Positions 14,083 to 24,955 of a stretch of 64,000 nt of DNA are shown here, one piece after another. This stretch comes from an uncultured Deinococcaceae bacterium. Its GTDB lineage: Bacteria; Deinococcota; Deinococci; Deinococcales; Deinococcaceae. A program made the position numbers and the translations under genes. The notes beneath the pieces were generated by a model that was not told where the DNA came from, ran no database searches, and saw only the letters and a program-made list of their open reading frames with translations. The stretch is taken from positions 32,001 to 96,000 of the forward strand of contig CAXULY010000015.1 in assembly GCA_964252075.1 (NCBI GenBank), read 5' to 3'. Each line of letters begins with the position of its first letter. Position 1 is the stretch's first letter.

Positions 14083-15918
14083 TTGACCCGACCCACCCGA
14101 TCCCCCCTGCAACTCGCGCTGCTGGTCCTGCTGGCCCTGAGCCTGATTCCCGGCCTGTGGCTCGCCATCACCCGCGTGCGCTTCGAAAACGCCGAGAAGA
14201 GCCTCGCCCTCGTCATCGATTACCAGTCGCTGGTGCAGCAGGCCCGCCAGAACGGCCGCACACCCATCGACCTGCTCGCGCACTACCGCTCGGAGGGCGT
14301 GAACGGCGTCGCCGTGTACGAGGACGTGGTGGGCGACCGCGTGCAGGACGGCAGCGTGTTGTACCGCTGGGGCGCCGACCTGCTCGCGCAGTACCCGGAC
14401 AGCGGCGCCAAACCCAACTGGTACTACCTGCGCTCCGTGAAGCCCGGCGTGGCCGAGCGCCTCGCCACCCTCTACACCATCCCCACCGAGACCCGTCAGG
14501 CGGGCGGGCTGTCCTGGGTGGGCTGGCCCGCCTCGCCCCTCAGCCTGCCCGCCGGGCCGGACACCGCCCTCATCAACCAGCTCAAGGGCGCCGGGTACGT
14601 GGTCATGTACCGCCCCTTCGACTACTCCGCCGTGAAGAACCTCGCCGGGAACTGGCCGGACGTGCCCTTCCTGGCCTTCAACGGCCTGAAGGTGGTGGGC
14701 GCGGGCAGCCCCGCCAAGCTCAAGGTGGTGTCCGAACGCCTCGGGAACCGCATCCCGGCGGTCATCGAGTCCACCGACCAGAAGGGCATGGATTACCTGC
14801 TGCGCGACCACCAGGGCGCGCGCATGTTCAGCCTCAACGCCACGTGGCAGACGCTGCTGGCGCCCGAGGAGACCGCCGACAAGTACGTGCTGGCCGCCCG
14901 CGAGCGCACGCAGCGGCTGCTGTACGTCCGCCCCTACGAGACCATCGCGGACACCGACGCCTTCCTGACGCGCACCGTGGCCGGCATCCGCAAGGCCGGC
15001 ATTCAGATCGGCGTGCCCAGCATCAGCAGTTACGAGCCGTCCAGCGCGCTGCGCTGGCTGAGCCTGCTCGGGCCCCTCGCGGCGCTCGGCCTGCTCGCCC
15101 TCAGCTATCCCCTCACGCGCCTCGGCTGGATCGTCGCGGTGCTCACGCTGCTCGCCGTGGTGGGCTACAACGGCGGCGACCCCTTCGCGTCCGGCGCGCT
15201 CCTCGCCGCCGTCACCTTCCCCGCGCTCGGCCTCGCCCTGCGCCGCGAGCGCCCCACCGACTGGCTGATCGCCACGGGCTTCTCGCTCCTCGGCATTCTG
15301 TTCGTGAGCGGTCTCGGCGCGGACCGCCTCAGCATGCTGGGCCTCGACCCCTTCCGCGGTGTGGGCCTCACCCTGGTGCTGCCCCTCGCGCTCTTCGCGC
15401 TCTCGCTGCTGCCCCGCCAGGACATTCGCAAGACCGCCTACGACCTGTACCGCACGCCCCTCAGCCTCGGGGACATCGCCATCATCCTCGTCGCGCTCGC
15501 CATCATCGCGCTCGTCGTGCTGCGCCGCGGCAACACCCCCGCCGTCGGCGTGAGCGCCACCGAAGCGAAGGTGCGCGCTGCCCTCCAGGACACCATCATC
15601 CGCCCGCGCTTCAAGGAACTCGCCGGGCACCCCCTCGCCATCCTCGGGCTCTCCAGACGCTTCCCGCCGTACTTCACCAATCTCCTCCTCATCGGCGGCG
15701 TGGTCGGGCAGTCCAGCATCCTGAACACCTTCAGTCACTTCCACACGCCGCTCCTCATCAGCCTGCAGCGCGCCATCAACGGCGTCCTGATCGGCGGCGT
15801 GATCGGCTTCGTGCTCATCCCGCTCGTCACGTGGGCCATCCGGTACTTCAAGCAGGGCGTCCCGCCACGCGGCGCGGGCGGCGAGGCGGTGCTGGCCGCG
15901 CCCGAGGGCCGCGCTTGA
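14083..15918 (+). CDS. DUF5693-like membrane protein (typically adjacent to csaB)
   Basis: N-terminal TM, extracellular domain, multi-TM C-terminus with FRGV, RPRFKELAGHP and NTFSHFHTP motifs. Confidence 0.75.
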   Translation: MTRPTRSPLQLALLVLLALSLIPGLWLAITRVRFENAEKSLALVIDYQSLVQQARQNGRTPIDLLAHYRSEGVNGVAVYEDVVGDRVQDGSVLYRWGADLLAQYPDSGAKPNWYYLRSVKPGVAERLATLYTIPTETRQAGGLSWVGWPASPLSLPAGPDTALINQLKGAGYVVMYRPFDYSAVKNLAGNWPDVPFLAFNGLKVVGAGSPAKLKVVSERLGNRIPAVIESTDQKGMDYLLRDHQGARMFSLNATWQTLLAPEETADKYVLAARERTQRLLYVRPYETIADTDAFLTRTVAGIRKAGIQIGVPSISSYEPSSALRWLSLLGPLAALGLLALSYPLTRLGWIVAVLTLLAVVGYNGGDPFASGALLAAVTFPALGLALRRERPTDWLIATGFSLLGILFVSGLGADRLSMLGLDPFRGVGLTLVLPLALFALSLLPRQDIRKTAYDLYRTPLSLGDIAIILVALAIIALVVLRRGNTPAVGVSATEAKVRAALQDTIIRPRFKELAGHPLAILGLSRRFPPYFTNLLLIGGVVGQSSILNTFSHFHTPLLISLQRAINGVLIGGVIGFVLIPLVTWAIRYFKQGVPPRGAGGEAVLAAPEGRA

Positions 15919-16892
15919 CGCCCCACGCGCGTGTCGCGGTCAGCGGGTACTACGGCTTCGAGAACACGGGAGATGAAGCCATCGCGCTCGCCATCACCCG
16001 CGAACTCACGCGGCTCGGCCACACGCCCCTGCTGCTCTCCCGCGATCCCGAAGCGACCACCCGCGCCTACCACGTGGAATCCGCGCCCCGCATGAGCCCC
16101 CCCGCCCTGATGCGCGCCCTCATGCGCTCCCAGGTGCTGCTCAGCGGCGGCGGCGGCCTCCTGCAGGACAAAACCAGCGCCCGCAACCTCAGCTACTACC
16201 TCGGCGTCATCCGCCTCGCCCGGCTCCTCGGCAAGCGCGCCGTGGTGTTCAACCAGTCCATCGGGCCGCTCAGCGACGCCGGACGGCAGCGCGTCCGCAC
16301 CGCGCTGCGCGGCGTGCGCGCCGTCGTGCGTGACCGCGCCAGCCAGCAACTCCTCGCGGGCCTCGGCATCACCGCCGAACTGGGCGGCGACCCCGCCCTG
16401 CTCCTCACGCCCAGCCCCGGCCTCGCCCGCGACCCGGACCTCGTGGTCCTCGCGCCCCGCGGCGACGAGCACGAAGCCACCACGCGCCTCGCGCGGCTCT
16501 CCGCGCGCCTGCGCGCCGAGGGCCGGCGCGTCGAGGCGCTCAGTTTCATGCCCAGCGTGGACGACGAAGCCGCGCACCGCGTCGCGGACCACGTGATGAG
16601 TACCACCGAACCGCAACGCGCGCTCGACACCATCGCCTCCGCGGGCTTCGTGGTCGGCGTGCGCCTGCACGCCGTGATCCTCGCCGCCGCCGCCGGCACG
16701 CCCTTCGCGGGCATCAGCTACGACCCCAAAGTGCAGGGCTTCTGCACGGACGCCGGCGCGACCGCCGTCGAGACGGACTTCGACCCCGAGGCGCTCGCAC
16801 TCACCGTGCTGGACCGCCAGCAGCCCGACTGGGCGGCGGTGGAAGCCATGAAGCGCCGCGCGCGCGACAGCTTCGAGTGGGCGCTGAAGTAA
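15915..16892 (+). CDS. csaB: Polysaccharide pyruvyl transferase CsaB
   Basis: SGYYGFENTGDEAI, SGGGGLLQDKTS, NQSIGPL, RLHA and SYDPKV; TTGA overlap with the upstream stop. Confidence 0.88.
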   Translation: MTPHARVAVSGYYGFENTGDEAIALAITRELTRLGHTPLLLSRDPEATTRAYHVESAPRMSPPALMRALMRSQVLLSGGGGLLQDKTSARNLSYYLGVIRLARLLGKRAVVFNQSIGPLSDAGRQRVRTALRGVRAVVRDRASQQLLAGLGITAELGGDPALLLTPSPGLARDPDLVVLAPRGDEHEATTRLARLSARLRAEGRRVEALSFMPSVDDEAAHRVADHVMSTTEPQRALDTIASAGFVVGVRLHAVILAAAAGTPFAGISYDPKVQGFCTDAGATAVETDFDPEALALTVLDRQQPDWAAVEAMKRRARDSFEWALK

Positions 16893-16968
16893 ACGGCGCG
16901 GCAATGCAGCGGGCGCGGCGAGTGAGGCCGCGCCCGCTTGGTTCAGGAGAGGGACGCGTTCTTTTCTG

Positions 16969-17154
16969 GAGTGAGGGACTCCCTACTGCCGAGTGCGCAG
17001 GGGGGAGCGACCCTGCGCTGGGCGTGCCTGCGGTCGGGGTCACGAGGAGGCGCCGCTTCCCGCCTGACCCGTGGCCTACAAGTCAGGAGGAGCCGCCTGG
17101 GATGGTGGCCAGCCCCGGTGCAGCGGACCGGTCTTCACCCGGGTGAATCCCGCT
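16969..17154. ncRNA. Candidate structured intergenic RNA or miniature repeat element (family unassigned)
   Basis: Stems GCGCAGGG/CCCTGCGC (16995-17018), long imperfect hairpin ~17028-17123 with apical CCTGAC/GTCAGG, palindrome TTCACCCGGGTGAA (17134-17147); partly complementary ends. Confidence 0.3.
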
Positions 17155-17736
17155 CTACGGCGCGTCGTGCTTCAGCGCGCCGTGCAGGAAGAGGTGCGTG
17201 AGCTGATCGGCGAGGTGTTCCGCTTCCGGCACGGCGGGCGCCGTCACGTACGGCGAGATGAGGCCCATCAGGGTGCGCGCCGCGAGACCCGGCGGGACGC
17301 TCAGGAGGTCCGCGCGGGCGGCCTCCTGCATCCAGCCCTCCACCGCCCCGAAGAACGCTGCGCGGTAGCGCGCCTCAAAATCCGCGCGTTTGTCCGGCGC
17401 GATGTGCTTGAGTTCAGCCGCGAGGCCCATCGCGGGGCGGTACCGCGCGGCGCCCACGATGAGGTCCAGCGCCAGGGTTCGCACCTGCGCGGTGAAGTCC
17501 TCGCGGGACAGCGCGTCCGCGACGGCACCCCTAAGGTCCGCGAGGGCGCCCTCCATGATCGCCAGGAACAGCGCTTCCTTGTCCGCGTAGTGGTGGTACA
17601 GGGCGGGCTTCGTGACGCCCACCGCCTCCGCCACCTCGCGCATGCTCACGCCGTGGTACCCGCGCGCCGCGAACAGCCGCGCGCCCTCCCGCAGGATGCG
17701 GTCGCGCGTGCTGTGGTCCGTGAAGCTCGCGGTCAC
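17155..17736 (-). CDS. TetR/AcrR family transcriptional regulator
   Basis: RILREGARLFAARGYHGVSMREVAEAVGVTKPALYHHYADKEALF HTH; GTGA overlap with the upstream gene. Confidence 0.9.
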   Translation of the reverse strand: MTASFTDHSTRDRILREGARLFAARGYHGVSMREVAEAVGVTKPALYHHYADKEALFLAIMEGALADLRGAVADALSREDFTAQVRTLALDLIVGAARYRPAMGLAAELKHIAPDKRADFEARYRAAFFGAVEGWMQEAARADLLSVPPGLAARTLMGLISPYVTAPAVPEAEHLADQLTHLFLHGALKHDAP

Positions 17737-18194
17737 GCCGTGTAACCCCACAGGCGCAGCAGGGGGCGCCACCACGGAATGGCGATCACGATGACGAGCA
17801 GGCTCAGGCCGTAGCACAGGGCCGCCGCGCGGAACTTCCCGAGGTCCGTCGCCCGACGCCGCGCGAGCGCGCCGCCCAGCGTCGCGAGGACCGCCGCCAG
17901 GATCATCGCGAAGATGTGCTCCACCGCGAAGAACCGCAGCTGGCTGTCCCGCATCGCCGCGCCGAAGTTGCTGAAGATCACGCGCATGAGGGGCGACAGG
18001 CCCACGTACAGCAGCAGGCCCAGCACCACCTGCAGGGACACCAGCCCGGTGTACGCGGCGCCCGCCGCGCGGTCGGCGCTCGTCCACGCGCGCCGACCGG
18101 AGAGGCCCGGCAGCACGCGCGCCAGCGCCACCACCGCGGCGATCAGCACGGCCCAGCGCAGGAGGTTGTGGAGGGTCAGGAGCGTCTCGTACAT
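17733..18194 (-). CDS. Four-TM membrane protein with two intramembrane His (cytochrome b-like, tentative)
   Basis: LHNLLRW and EHIFAMILA in TM helices; TAAGCT 6 nt before ATG. Confidence 0.65.
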   Translation of the reverse strand: MYETLLTLHNLLRWAVLIAAVVALARVLPGLSGRRAWTSADRAAGAAYTGLVSLQVVLGLLLYVGLSPLMRVIFSNFGAAMRDSQLRFFAVEHIFAMILAAVLATLGGALARRRATDLGKFRAAALCYGLSLLVIVIAIPWWRPLLRLWGYTA

Positions 18195-18301
18195 GCGCGC
18201 AGCTTACCCAAAAACGCGCCCTCCCTGCGCCCTTCACCCTCTACGAACAACGTTCCCTGCGCGCCACACCCGCCGCGCGCCCGGCGGTAGGATGCGCCGT
18301 T

Positions 18302-19681
18302 ATGACCGCCGCACCCGCCCGCCCGCGCGATCCGCGCGCCCTCGCCACCGCCGGGCTGCTGCTCGGCATTTTTCTGGCGGCACTGGAATCCAGCGTGATC
18401 GCCACCGCCATGCCGAGCGTCATCCGCGACCTCGGCGGGCGCGCGCTGTACGCCCTGCCGTTCGCGGTGTATCTGCTGACCAGCACCGTCTCCAGCCCCC
18501 TGTGGGGCCGTGCAAGTGACATTGTGGGCCGCAAGCGGCTGTACCTGATCGGGGTGGTGCTGTTCCTGCTGGGCTCCGGCCTGTGCGGCGCCGCGCAGAA
18601 CATGACGTGGCTGATCCTCGCGCGCGCGCTGCAGGGCATTGGCGCGGGCGCCGTGCTGCCCCTCACCATCACGTTGGTGGGGGAGATGTACTCCATGCAG
18701 GAACGCGCGCGCGTGCAGAGCCTCATCAGCGGCGTGTGGGGCGTCTCGGGCCTCGTCGGGCCGCTCATCGGGGGGCTCATCGTGGACCACGCGTCGTGGC
18801 GCTGGGTGTTCTACCTGAACCTGCCGTTCGGCATTCCGGCGTTCATCATGGTGTGGCGCTACCTGCAGGAGACCGGCGCGCGCCGCGCCGCGCAAGGCAT
18901 CGACTGGGTGGGCGCCCTGCTCTTCACGCTCGGCAGCGGCCTGCTCGTGTGGGGCCTGGAACTCAAGACGTGGTGGCAGGTGGGCCTGGGCCTCGTGGTG
19001 CTGGTCGCGGCCGTCGCGCTGGAGTTCCGCCACCCCTCGCCCCTGCTGCCCACCACCAGCCTCCGCCAGCGCCTCCCGCGCGTCGGCATCCTCGACAACC
19101 TCCTCGCGGGCGGCGCGTACTTCGGCATCATCGCGTACCTCCCGCTGTTCGCGCAGGGCGTGAGCGGCACGGGCGCCACCGCCGCCGGGCTCATCCTCAC
19201 GCCCATGCTGGTCGGCTGGACGAGCGCCAGCATCTTCGGTGCGCGCCTCATGGTCAAGGTGGGGCCCACGCGCATCACCCTCATCGGCTTCGCGGTCCTC
19301 ACGGCGGCCTTCGCGGCCTTCGCGGCGCTCGCCTTCGCGCCCTTGTGGGTGCTGTCCGCGGTCGGCCTCTTCGCGGGCGCCGGCATGGGCTTCTCCATGC
19401 TGAGCCTGCTGCTCGCCGTGCAGGGCGCCACCCCGAAAGGCGAGCTAGGCGCCGTCACGAGCGCCATCCTGTTCGCGCGGAACATGGGCGGCGCCCTCGG
19501 CACGGCCCTCATGGCCCTCCTCATCGGGCCAGCCGCCATCGCGCGCGGCGGCGAGGCCCTCGCGGGCGGCCTGCAGCGCGCCTTCCTGCTGGGCCTCGGC
19601 CTGATCCTCGTCGCGTACGCCCTCGCCCTCACCCTGCGCGGCCAGGGTCAGGGGCAGGCGAAGGAGGTCGGGGCGGACTGA
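18302..19681 (+). CDS. MFS drug efflux transporter (EmrB/QacA, DHA2-like)
   Basis: [33 protein letters not shown] and [12 protein letters not shown] motifs. Confidence 0.9.
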   Translation: MTAAPARPRDPRALATAGLLLGIFLAALESSVIATAMPSVIRDLGGRALYALPFAVYLLTSTVSSPLWGRASDIVGRKRLYLIGVVLFLLGSGLCGAAQNMTWLILARALQGIGAGAVLPLTITLVGEMYSMQERARVQSLISGVWGVSGLVGPLIGGLIVDHASWRWVFYLNLPFGIPAFIMVWRYLQETGARRAAQGIDWVGALLFTLGSGLLVWGLELKTWWQVGLGLVVLVAAVALEFRHPSPLLPTTSLRQRLPRVGILDNLLAGGAYFGIIAYLPLFAQGVSGTGATAAGLILTPMLVGWTSASIFGARLMVKVGPTRITLIGFAVLTAAFAAFAALAFAPLWVLSAVGLFAGAGMGFSMLSLLLAVQGATPKGELGAVTSAILFARNMGGALGTALMALLIGPAAIARGGEALAGGLQRAFLLGLGLILVAYALALTLRGQGQGQAKEVGAD

Positions 19682-19722
19682 GCGGGGTTGGCGCTCCGCG
19701 TGCACGCACGCCACACTGAGCT

Positions 19723-20666
19723 GTGCGGACGCTGCTCTTGGCCCTCGTCCTCAGCGGCACCCCGGTGGGTGTGGCGGGCGTGACCCTGCAGGGCTTCTCT
19801 GCCGGGGGCGATGTGGTCACCCGTGCGCCGGACGCCCCTTCAATCGAGGTGCGCCGCGCGGCGGATGGACTGGTGGAGCGCACGGTCGGCCTGCCGGACG
19901 TCGGGGATGGACGGTTCCTGCTGGCGTTCACCCCATACATGGAGGGCGTCGCGGCCATCCGCGCGCCGTCCACGCTGCCCGAACAGGGCGGTCGCCTGAC
20001 CGCGCGGCCGGGCGGACCTGGACGGCGGACACCGAAGGGCTGGGCGGCACCACCGCCTTGGCCTTCAATCCGGACGGAAAAACCGTGCTGGCCGGGAATG
20101 ACTCCGGGTACGTGCAGGTCTGGAACGCCCGCACGGGCGAGCGCGAGCGCACCATCCTAGGCCCCGGCTGGGGTGTGGAGCAGCTGGTGTTCAGCCCGGA
20201 TGGCCGTCACCTGTTCGCGCAGGCGCGGGGCGGCGCGGCGCTGTACGACACTGCGACGTGGCGACCCCAGCCGCTCGGCGTCCCGTACCTGTACGTGAGG
20301 TCGTCGTCTGCAGCGGCCTTCACCCCGGATGGCCGCGCGCTCCTCGTGGCGGACGGGTACAACCGGGTGAAGGTGCTTGAGGTGGCGTCAGGCCGCGTTG
20401 TACGGGAGTTGCCGCGCCCGACCTTCGCCTGTGGGGACGCGCGCCTGTGCGGACACGGCGCGCAGACGGTCAGCATCACGCGGGATGGCCGCACCGTGCT
20501 GGTGGGGTATGTGGGCGGCGACGTGGCCCTCTACAACTTCACTACGGGTCAGCTGCTCAGGCGTTTGCCCGTCGCTGGCCCGGATGTTCGGCTCACGCCG
20601 GACGGCGCGCTGCTGGTGCGGAACGAGGACCAGCCCGCGGCGGTCACCGTGTATCGCCTGCCATAA
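19723..20666 (+). pseudogene. WD40-like beta-propeller protein split by a frameshift near 20,000
   Basis: Signal-peptide ORF from 19723 continues, in the frame of ORF 20058..20666, as RAAGRTWTADTEGLGGTTALAFNPDGKTV; AFNPDG/VFSPDG/AFTPDG repeats. Confidence 0.6.
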
Positions 20667-20805
20667 CAAAGACGGGCTGAAAGTGGAATTTTCGGCCCCT
20701 GCACTGAGCCCACCACCGCCAGGTTCTTTGGAACCAGCATAAATTGAAGTTACGGGCGCCTCGGTTAACTTGTTAGGTCTCAATTTGTCCTAAGGTGGCT
20801 GATGT

Positions 20806-21210
20806 TTAACGGTTCCACCGACAGTGCTCGGATCCACAGCGGCATCCTTCGAGGCTCGTTGCGTCGTGATAGTCAGCGGTGATTTCCTCGCCTGCACGAA
20901 TGTCGCGCGCGGTCACATACTGGGTGGCTTTCGGGTCGCGCGAGAGGTCGAGCGCGTTGGGCGCGCAGGAGTGGTTGACGTAGTAGTGGAATACCTTCGG
21001 TGTGACGATGAAGAGGTCATCCCCCAGCGTTTCCTGGTTGTACAGCTCGGCTTGAAGCAGGAGCTGTCCGCTGCGCCATTCCTCTCCCGTAAAAATGAGC
21101 CCGCCTGTGACCAGAACAAGCAATTCACCAGCGGAGATGTCGTGTGTGGCGAAGGTTCCGATGCCATGAATGGGCGACGGTCGCAGAACGAGGCGACGGT
21201 CAAACCACAT
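20806..21210 (-). CDS. SET-domain protein (putative lysine methyltransferase)
   Basis: SPIHGIGTFATHDI, YVNHSCAPN, RDIRAGEEITADY and post-SET CRCGSEHC. Confidence 0.85.
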   Translation of the reverse strand: MWFDRRLVLRPSPIHGIGTFATHDISAGELLVLVTGGLIFTGEEWRSGQLLLQAELYNQETLGDDLFIVTPKVFHYYVNHSCAPNALDLSRDPKATQYVTARDIRAGEEITADYHDATSLEGCRCGSEHCRWNR

Positions 21211-21239
21211 CGTGGTCGCCTCCGTCTGCGGGCGCGTGC

Positions 21240-22826
21240 TTACCCCACCACCGTTAAATCCTTCGGCAGCGGCAGGAACTCGATTTCCGGGTGCTGCTTC
21301 TGGGTGTATTCGGCGTCCCACTCGCTGGTGAACAGCATGACGGGGCGACCCTGGTCGTCCTCGACGCTCTTCGCGAAGCGCGCGAGCGCGCCCGTCTCGC
21401 CCGCCAGCCAGCGCACGAGGCGGTAGCGGGCGGGCAGGAGTTCCACCTGCACACCGTACTCCTCGTTCATGCGGTGCGCGAACACCTCGAACTGCAGTTG
21501 CCCCACCGCGCCCAGGATGGGGTCGCGCGCGCCGTCGGTGGGGTAGAAGACCTGCACGACGCCCTCCTCCGTGAGCTGCTCGATGCCCTTGCGGAAGGCC
21601 TTGCGTTTGCTGACGTCCTTGGGTGAGGCGTTCACGAAGTGCTCGGGCGTGAAGCGCGGGAAGCCCTCCACGGTCACGCCGCCCTCCACGCTCACCACGT
21701 CCCCGATCTGGAACACGCCGGGGTTCACGAGGCCCACGATGTCGCCGGGGTACGCGACCTCGACGCTCTCGCGGTCCTGCCCGAACAGGGTGCTGGCGCG
21801 CGAGAGGCGCAGTTCGCGGTTCGTGCGGGTGTGCCGCACCTCCATGCCGCGCTCGAACTTCCCGGTGGCGACGCGCATGAAGGCGGTGCGGTCGCGGTGG
21901 TGTTTGCTCATGTTGGCCTGCAGCTTGAAGATGAAGCCCGTGAAGCTCGCGTCGGTGGGGCGCTCACCGCGCGTGGTGGGCAGGGGGCCGGGCGCGGGCG
22001 CGAGCGTCACGAAGCGGTCCAGGAAGTGCTGCACGCCGAAGTTCGTGATGGCGCTCCCGAAGAACACGGGGGTGAGTTCGCCCTGCTGGAAGGCCGCCTC
22101 GTCGAAGGGGTCCATGGCGCCCTCAATGAGTTCCACGTCCTCACGCAGCTTCTTGGCGAGCTCGGCGCCGACCAGCGCGTCGAGTTCCGCGCTGTCCAGG
22201 CTGGACATGTGCACGGGCGCCATCTTCTTGCCGCGCGTGGTGCGCTCGAACACGTGCACCTGCCGCGTCGCGAGGTCGAACACGCCCTTGAAGTCCGGGC
22301 CGTCCCCGATGGGCCACGTCATGGGCACCGTGCGGATCTTCAGGGTTTCCTCGACCTGGTTCAGCAGCTCGAAGGGGTCCTGCGCGGGGCGGTCCATCTT
22401 GTTCACGAAGGTCAGGATGGGGATGCCGCGGTTGCGGCAGACCGCGAAGAGCTTCACGGTCTGCTCCTGCACGCCGCGCGCGCCGTCCAGCACCATCAAG
22501 GCGCTGTCCGCCGCGACGAGCGTGCGGAAGGTGTCCTCGCTGAAGTCCTGGTGGCCGGGCGTGTCCAGCAGGTTCACGTGCCGCCCCGCGTACTCGAATG
22601 ACAGCGCGCTGGACGTGATGGAGATGCCGCGCGCCTGCTCCATGCTCATCCAGTCGCTCTTGGTCTGCGCGCTGCCCTCGCGGGCCGTGACGCTGCCCGC
22701 CTCCAGGATCGCACCTCCGTACAGCAGGAGCTTCTCGGTGATGGTGGTCTTGCCGGCGTCCGGGTGGCTGATGATGGCGAAGGTGCGCCGCCGCTGGGTC
22801 TCGAATTGCAGTTCTGGGTCACTCAT
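21240..22826 (-). CDS. prfC: Peptide chain release factor 3
   Basis: [39 protein letters not shown] and [10 protein letters not shown]. Confidence 0.96.
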   Translation of the reverse strand: MSDPELQFETQRRRTFAIISHPDAGKTTITEKLLLYGGAILEAGSVTAREGSAQTKSDWMSMEQARGISITSSALSFEYAGRHVNLLDTPGHQDFSEDTFRTLVAADSALMVLDGARGVQEQTVKLFAVCRNRGIPILTFVNKMDRPAQDPFELLNQVEETLKIRTVPMTWPIGDGPDFKGVFDLATRQVHVFERTTRGKKMAPVHMSSLDSAELDALVGAELAKKLREDVELIEGAMDPFDEAAFQQGELTPVFFGSAITNFGVQHFLDRFVTLAPAPGPLPTTRGERPTDASFTGFIFKLQANMSKHHRDRTAFMRVATGKFERGMEVRHTRTNRELRLSRASTLFGQDRESVEVAYPGDIVGLVNPGVFQIGDVVSVEGGVTVEGFPRFTPEHFVNASPKDVSKRKAFRKGIEQLTEEGVVQVFYPTDGARDPILGAVGQLQFEVFAHRMNEEYGVQVELLPARYRLVRWLAGETGALARFAKSVEDDQGRPVMLFTSEWDAEYTQKQHPEIEFLPLPKDLTVVG

Positions 22827-23046
22827 GGGTGGGGTCCTCGGTGGTGGGGAAGGTCAGGTCACGCGAACGCCGCCGCGCCCACTCCGGGCACGGCGCCTGA
22901 GGGGCACTCAGTGGGCCTGAACGGCGGCTGGCCGCACGCGGGCCGTGCGGCGCGCGGGGCGCGCTTCGGCGGTGCGGCGGGCAGGCATGCGCCCAGCATA
23001 CCGAAATCACGGCGGGTGGGCGGGGTGCGCGCCACCATCGCGGCGG

Positions 23047-24531
23047 TCAGGGGAGCGGCAGGGTGAAGGCCACCGTGAGGCCCGACCCGCCGGGCGCGTC
23101 CTGAAGCCAGATGCGCCCGCCGTGCCGCTCGATCACCTGACGGCACAGCGCGAGGCCCACGCCGCTGCCTTCCGGCCCGCCGCCTGGGTGCACGCGCTGG
23201 AAGAGCCGGAAGGCCTGATCGCGGTACGCGGCGGGAATGCCGGGACCGTCATCCGTGATGTGCACGGTGCACCACCGCGCGTCCGCGCTGGCGGTCACCT
23301 GCACGCGCGGCGGCTGCCCGGCGCGGCGGTGCGTGATGGCGTTGCTCATCAGCTGCTCGAAGACGCGCCGCAGCAGACCCGGGTCTCCCACCACGCGCGG
23401 CAGCGCCTCCACGTGAACCGTGGCGTCCGCCTCGCTCAGCTGCTCCTGGAGGCGCTCGGCGGCCTCGCGCGCGACGGCGTGCAGGTCCACCGCCACGAGT
23501 TTCAGGTCCGCCTGCTGCACGCGGGCGTAACCCAGCAGGTCGTCCACCTGCTCGTTCATGCGGCGCGAGGCCTGCGCGATGAAGCGCAGGTCGCGCTGCG
23601 TGCGGGGGTCGGCGCTGGTGCCCAGGCGGCGCTCCAGCAGCTCACTGAAGCTCGTGAGGGTGCGCAGCGGCGTCTTGAGGTCGTGGCTCGCCACGAACGC
23701 GAACTGGTCGAGTTCGCGGTTGCTGCGCTCCAGGCGCGCGTTGGCGGCCTGCAGTTCGTGCACGAGGCCTTCCAGGCGCTCCGCCATGCCGTTGAAGGCG
23801 CTGGAGAGGGTCTCGCCCTCGCGGTAGGCGGAATGGGGCATGCGCACGCTCTGGTCGCCCACCCCGAAGGCTTCGGCGGCGGCGGTGGCGTCCACCAGCA
23901 CGCCGCGCATGGCGAGGTTCAGGCGCCGCCCGGCGAGGAGCAGCGCCAGGGTGGCGATCAGCAGCAGGGCGGCCGTGCAGAGGCCGCCCACCGTCACGGC
24001 CTGCGCGACGCCCGCGCTGCGCGTCAGTTCGCGCCCCACCTGCGCGCGGTCGTTCGTCAGGGCGGCGCGCAGGGCGTCCATGACGCTCTTGCTGCGTCCC
24101 GTCGCGACCAGCGCCGCCGCGCGCGGCGCGCTGTCCTGGCGCGCCACGACCTCCCGCGCGCCGAGGTCCAGCCACTGCACGGTGAGGGCGCGCAGCTCCC
24201 CACGCGCGTGGAAGCCCGGCACGGTGCGCGTCGCCAGCTGCTCCAGCCGCGTCACGTCCGGCATGACGCGGCCGCGCGCGGCGCGGTACGGCTGCAGGAA
24301 CCGCGGGTTGCCCGTGATGACGTACCCACGCACGCCGGTCTCCAGGTCGATCAGGTCGCTCTGCACGCGTTCCAGCCGCACCAGCACCGCCTGCACGTCC
24401 CTGACGTGGTTGCTGGTGCGCGCGCTCTGCCACACCAGCACCAGCAGCGACAGGGCCGCCAGGGCCAGCGCGGTGACGCTGGCCCACTGGAAGCGCGTGT
24501 GGAAGGCGAAGATGCTGGGCGGTGAGCGCAT
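23047..24531 (-). CDS. Sensor histidine kinase (CHASE3-HAMP-HisKA-HATPase)
   Basis: DLETGVRGYVITG (CHASE3), FAFVASHDLKTPL H-box, DDGPGI and GSGVGLALC. Confidence 0.88.
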   Translation of the reverse strand: MRSPPSIFAFHTRFQWASVTALALAALSLLVLVWQSARTSNHVRDVQAVLVRLERVQSDLIDLETGVRGYVITGNPRFLQPYRAARGRVMPDVTRLEQLATRTVPGFHARGELRALTVQWLDLGAREVVARQDSAPRAAALVATGRSKSVMDALRAALTNDRAQVGRELTRSAGVAQAVTVGGLCTAALLLIATLALLLAGRRLNLAMRGVLVDATAAAEAFGVGDQSVRMPHSAYREGETLSSAFNGMAERLEGLVHELQAANARLERSNRELDQFAFVASHDLKTPLRTLTSFSELLERRLGTSADPRTQRDLRFIAQASRRMNEQVDDLLGYARVQQADLKLVAVDLHAVAREAAERLQEQLSEADATVHVEALPRVVGDPGLLRRVFEQLMSNAITHRRAGQPPRVQVTASADARWCTVHITDDGPGIPAAYRDQAFRLFQRVHPGGGPEGSGVGLALCRQVIERHGGRIWLQDAPGGSGLTVAFTLPLP

Positions 24532-24633
24532 GCAGGGTGGGCGCGGCGCCAGAAGTCCGGCGTGGCCCCGTCAGTATAGGGCGCGGTGCCCAGCCCGATG
24601 AACGCATGTTCAAGCAGATGCCATAAAGCTCAC

Positions 24634-24661
24634 AAAAAAGCCCACGCGCGGGGCGTGGGCT
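24634..24661 (-). terminator. Intrinsic terminator of rpmE
   Basis: AGCCCACGC...GCGTGGGCT stem followed by a T-run on the minus strand. Confidence 0.7.
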
Positions 24662-24679
24662 CGGGTCGGCGGGATGGCT

Positions 24680-24895
<216 letters not shown>

Positions 24896-24943
24896 GCTCG
24901 CTCCTCCTGCCTCACGGTCTTGGTCGTGACGCACAACCCTATG

Positions 24944-24952
24944 ATTGTAGCA
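24944..24952 (-). promoter_or_regulatory. Extended -10 promoter (TGCTACAAT) of rpmE
   Basis: TGnTACAAT about 50 nt upstream of the rpmE start. Confidence 0.55.
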
Positions 24953-24955
24953 CGT

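Noticed and set aside
16969..17154. SRP RNA, tmRNA, RNase P RNA or 6S assignment
   Set aside because: The SRP helix-8 motif, tmRNA termini and RNase P GAGGAAAGUCC were not found. 6S cannot be supported without a covariance search.
20661..20777. Integron attC-like site (CCATAAC...GTTAGGT)
   Set aside because: The end boxes are only partly complementary, there is no convincing L-box stem, it is single copy, and the window has no integrase.
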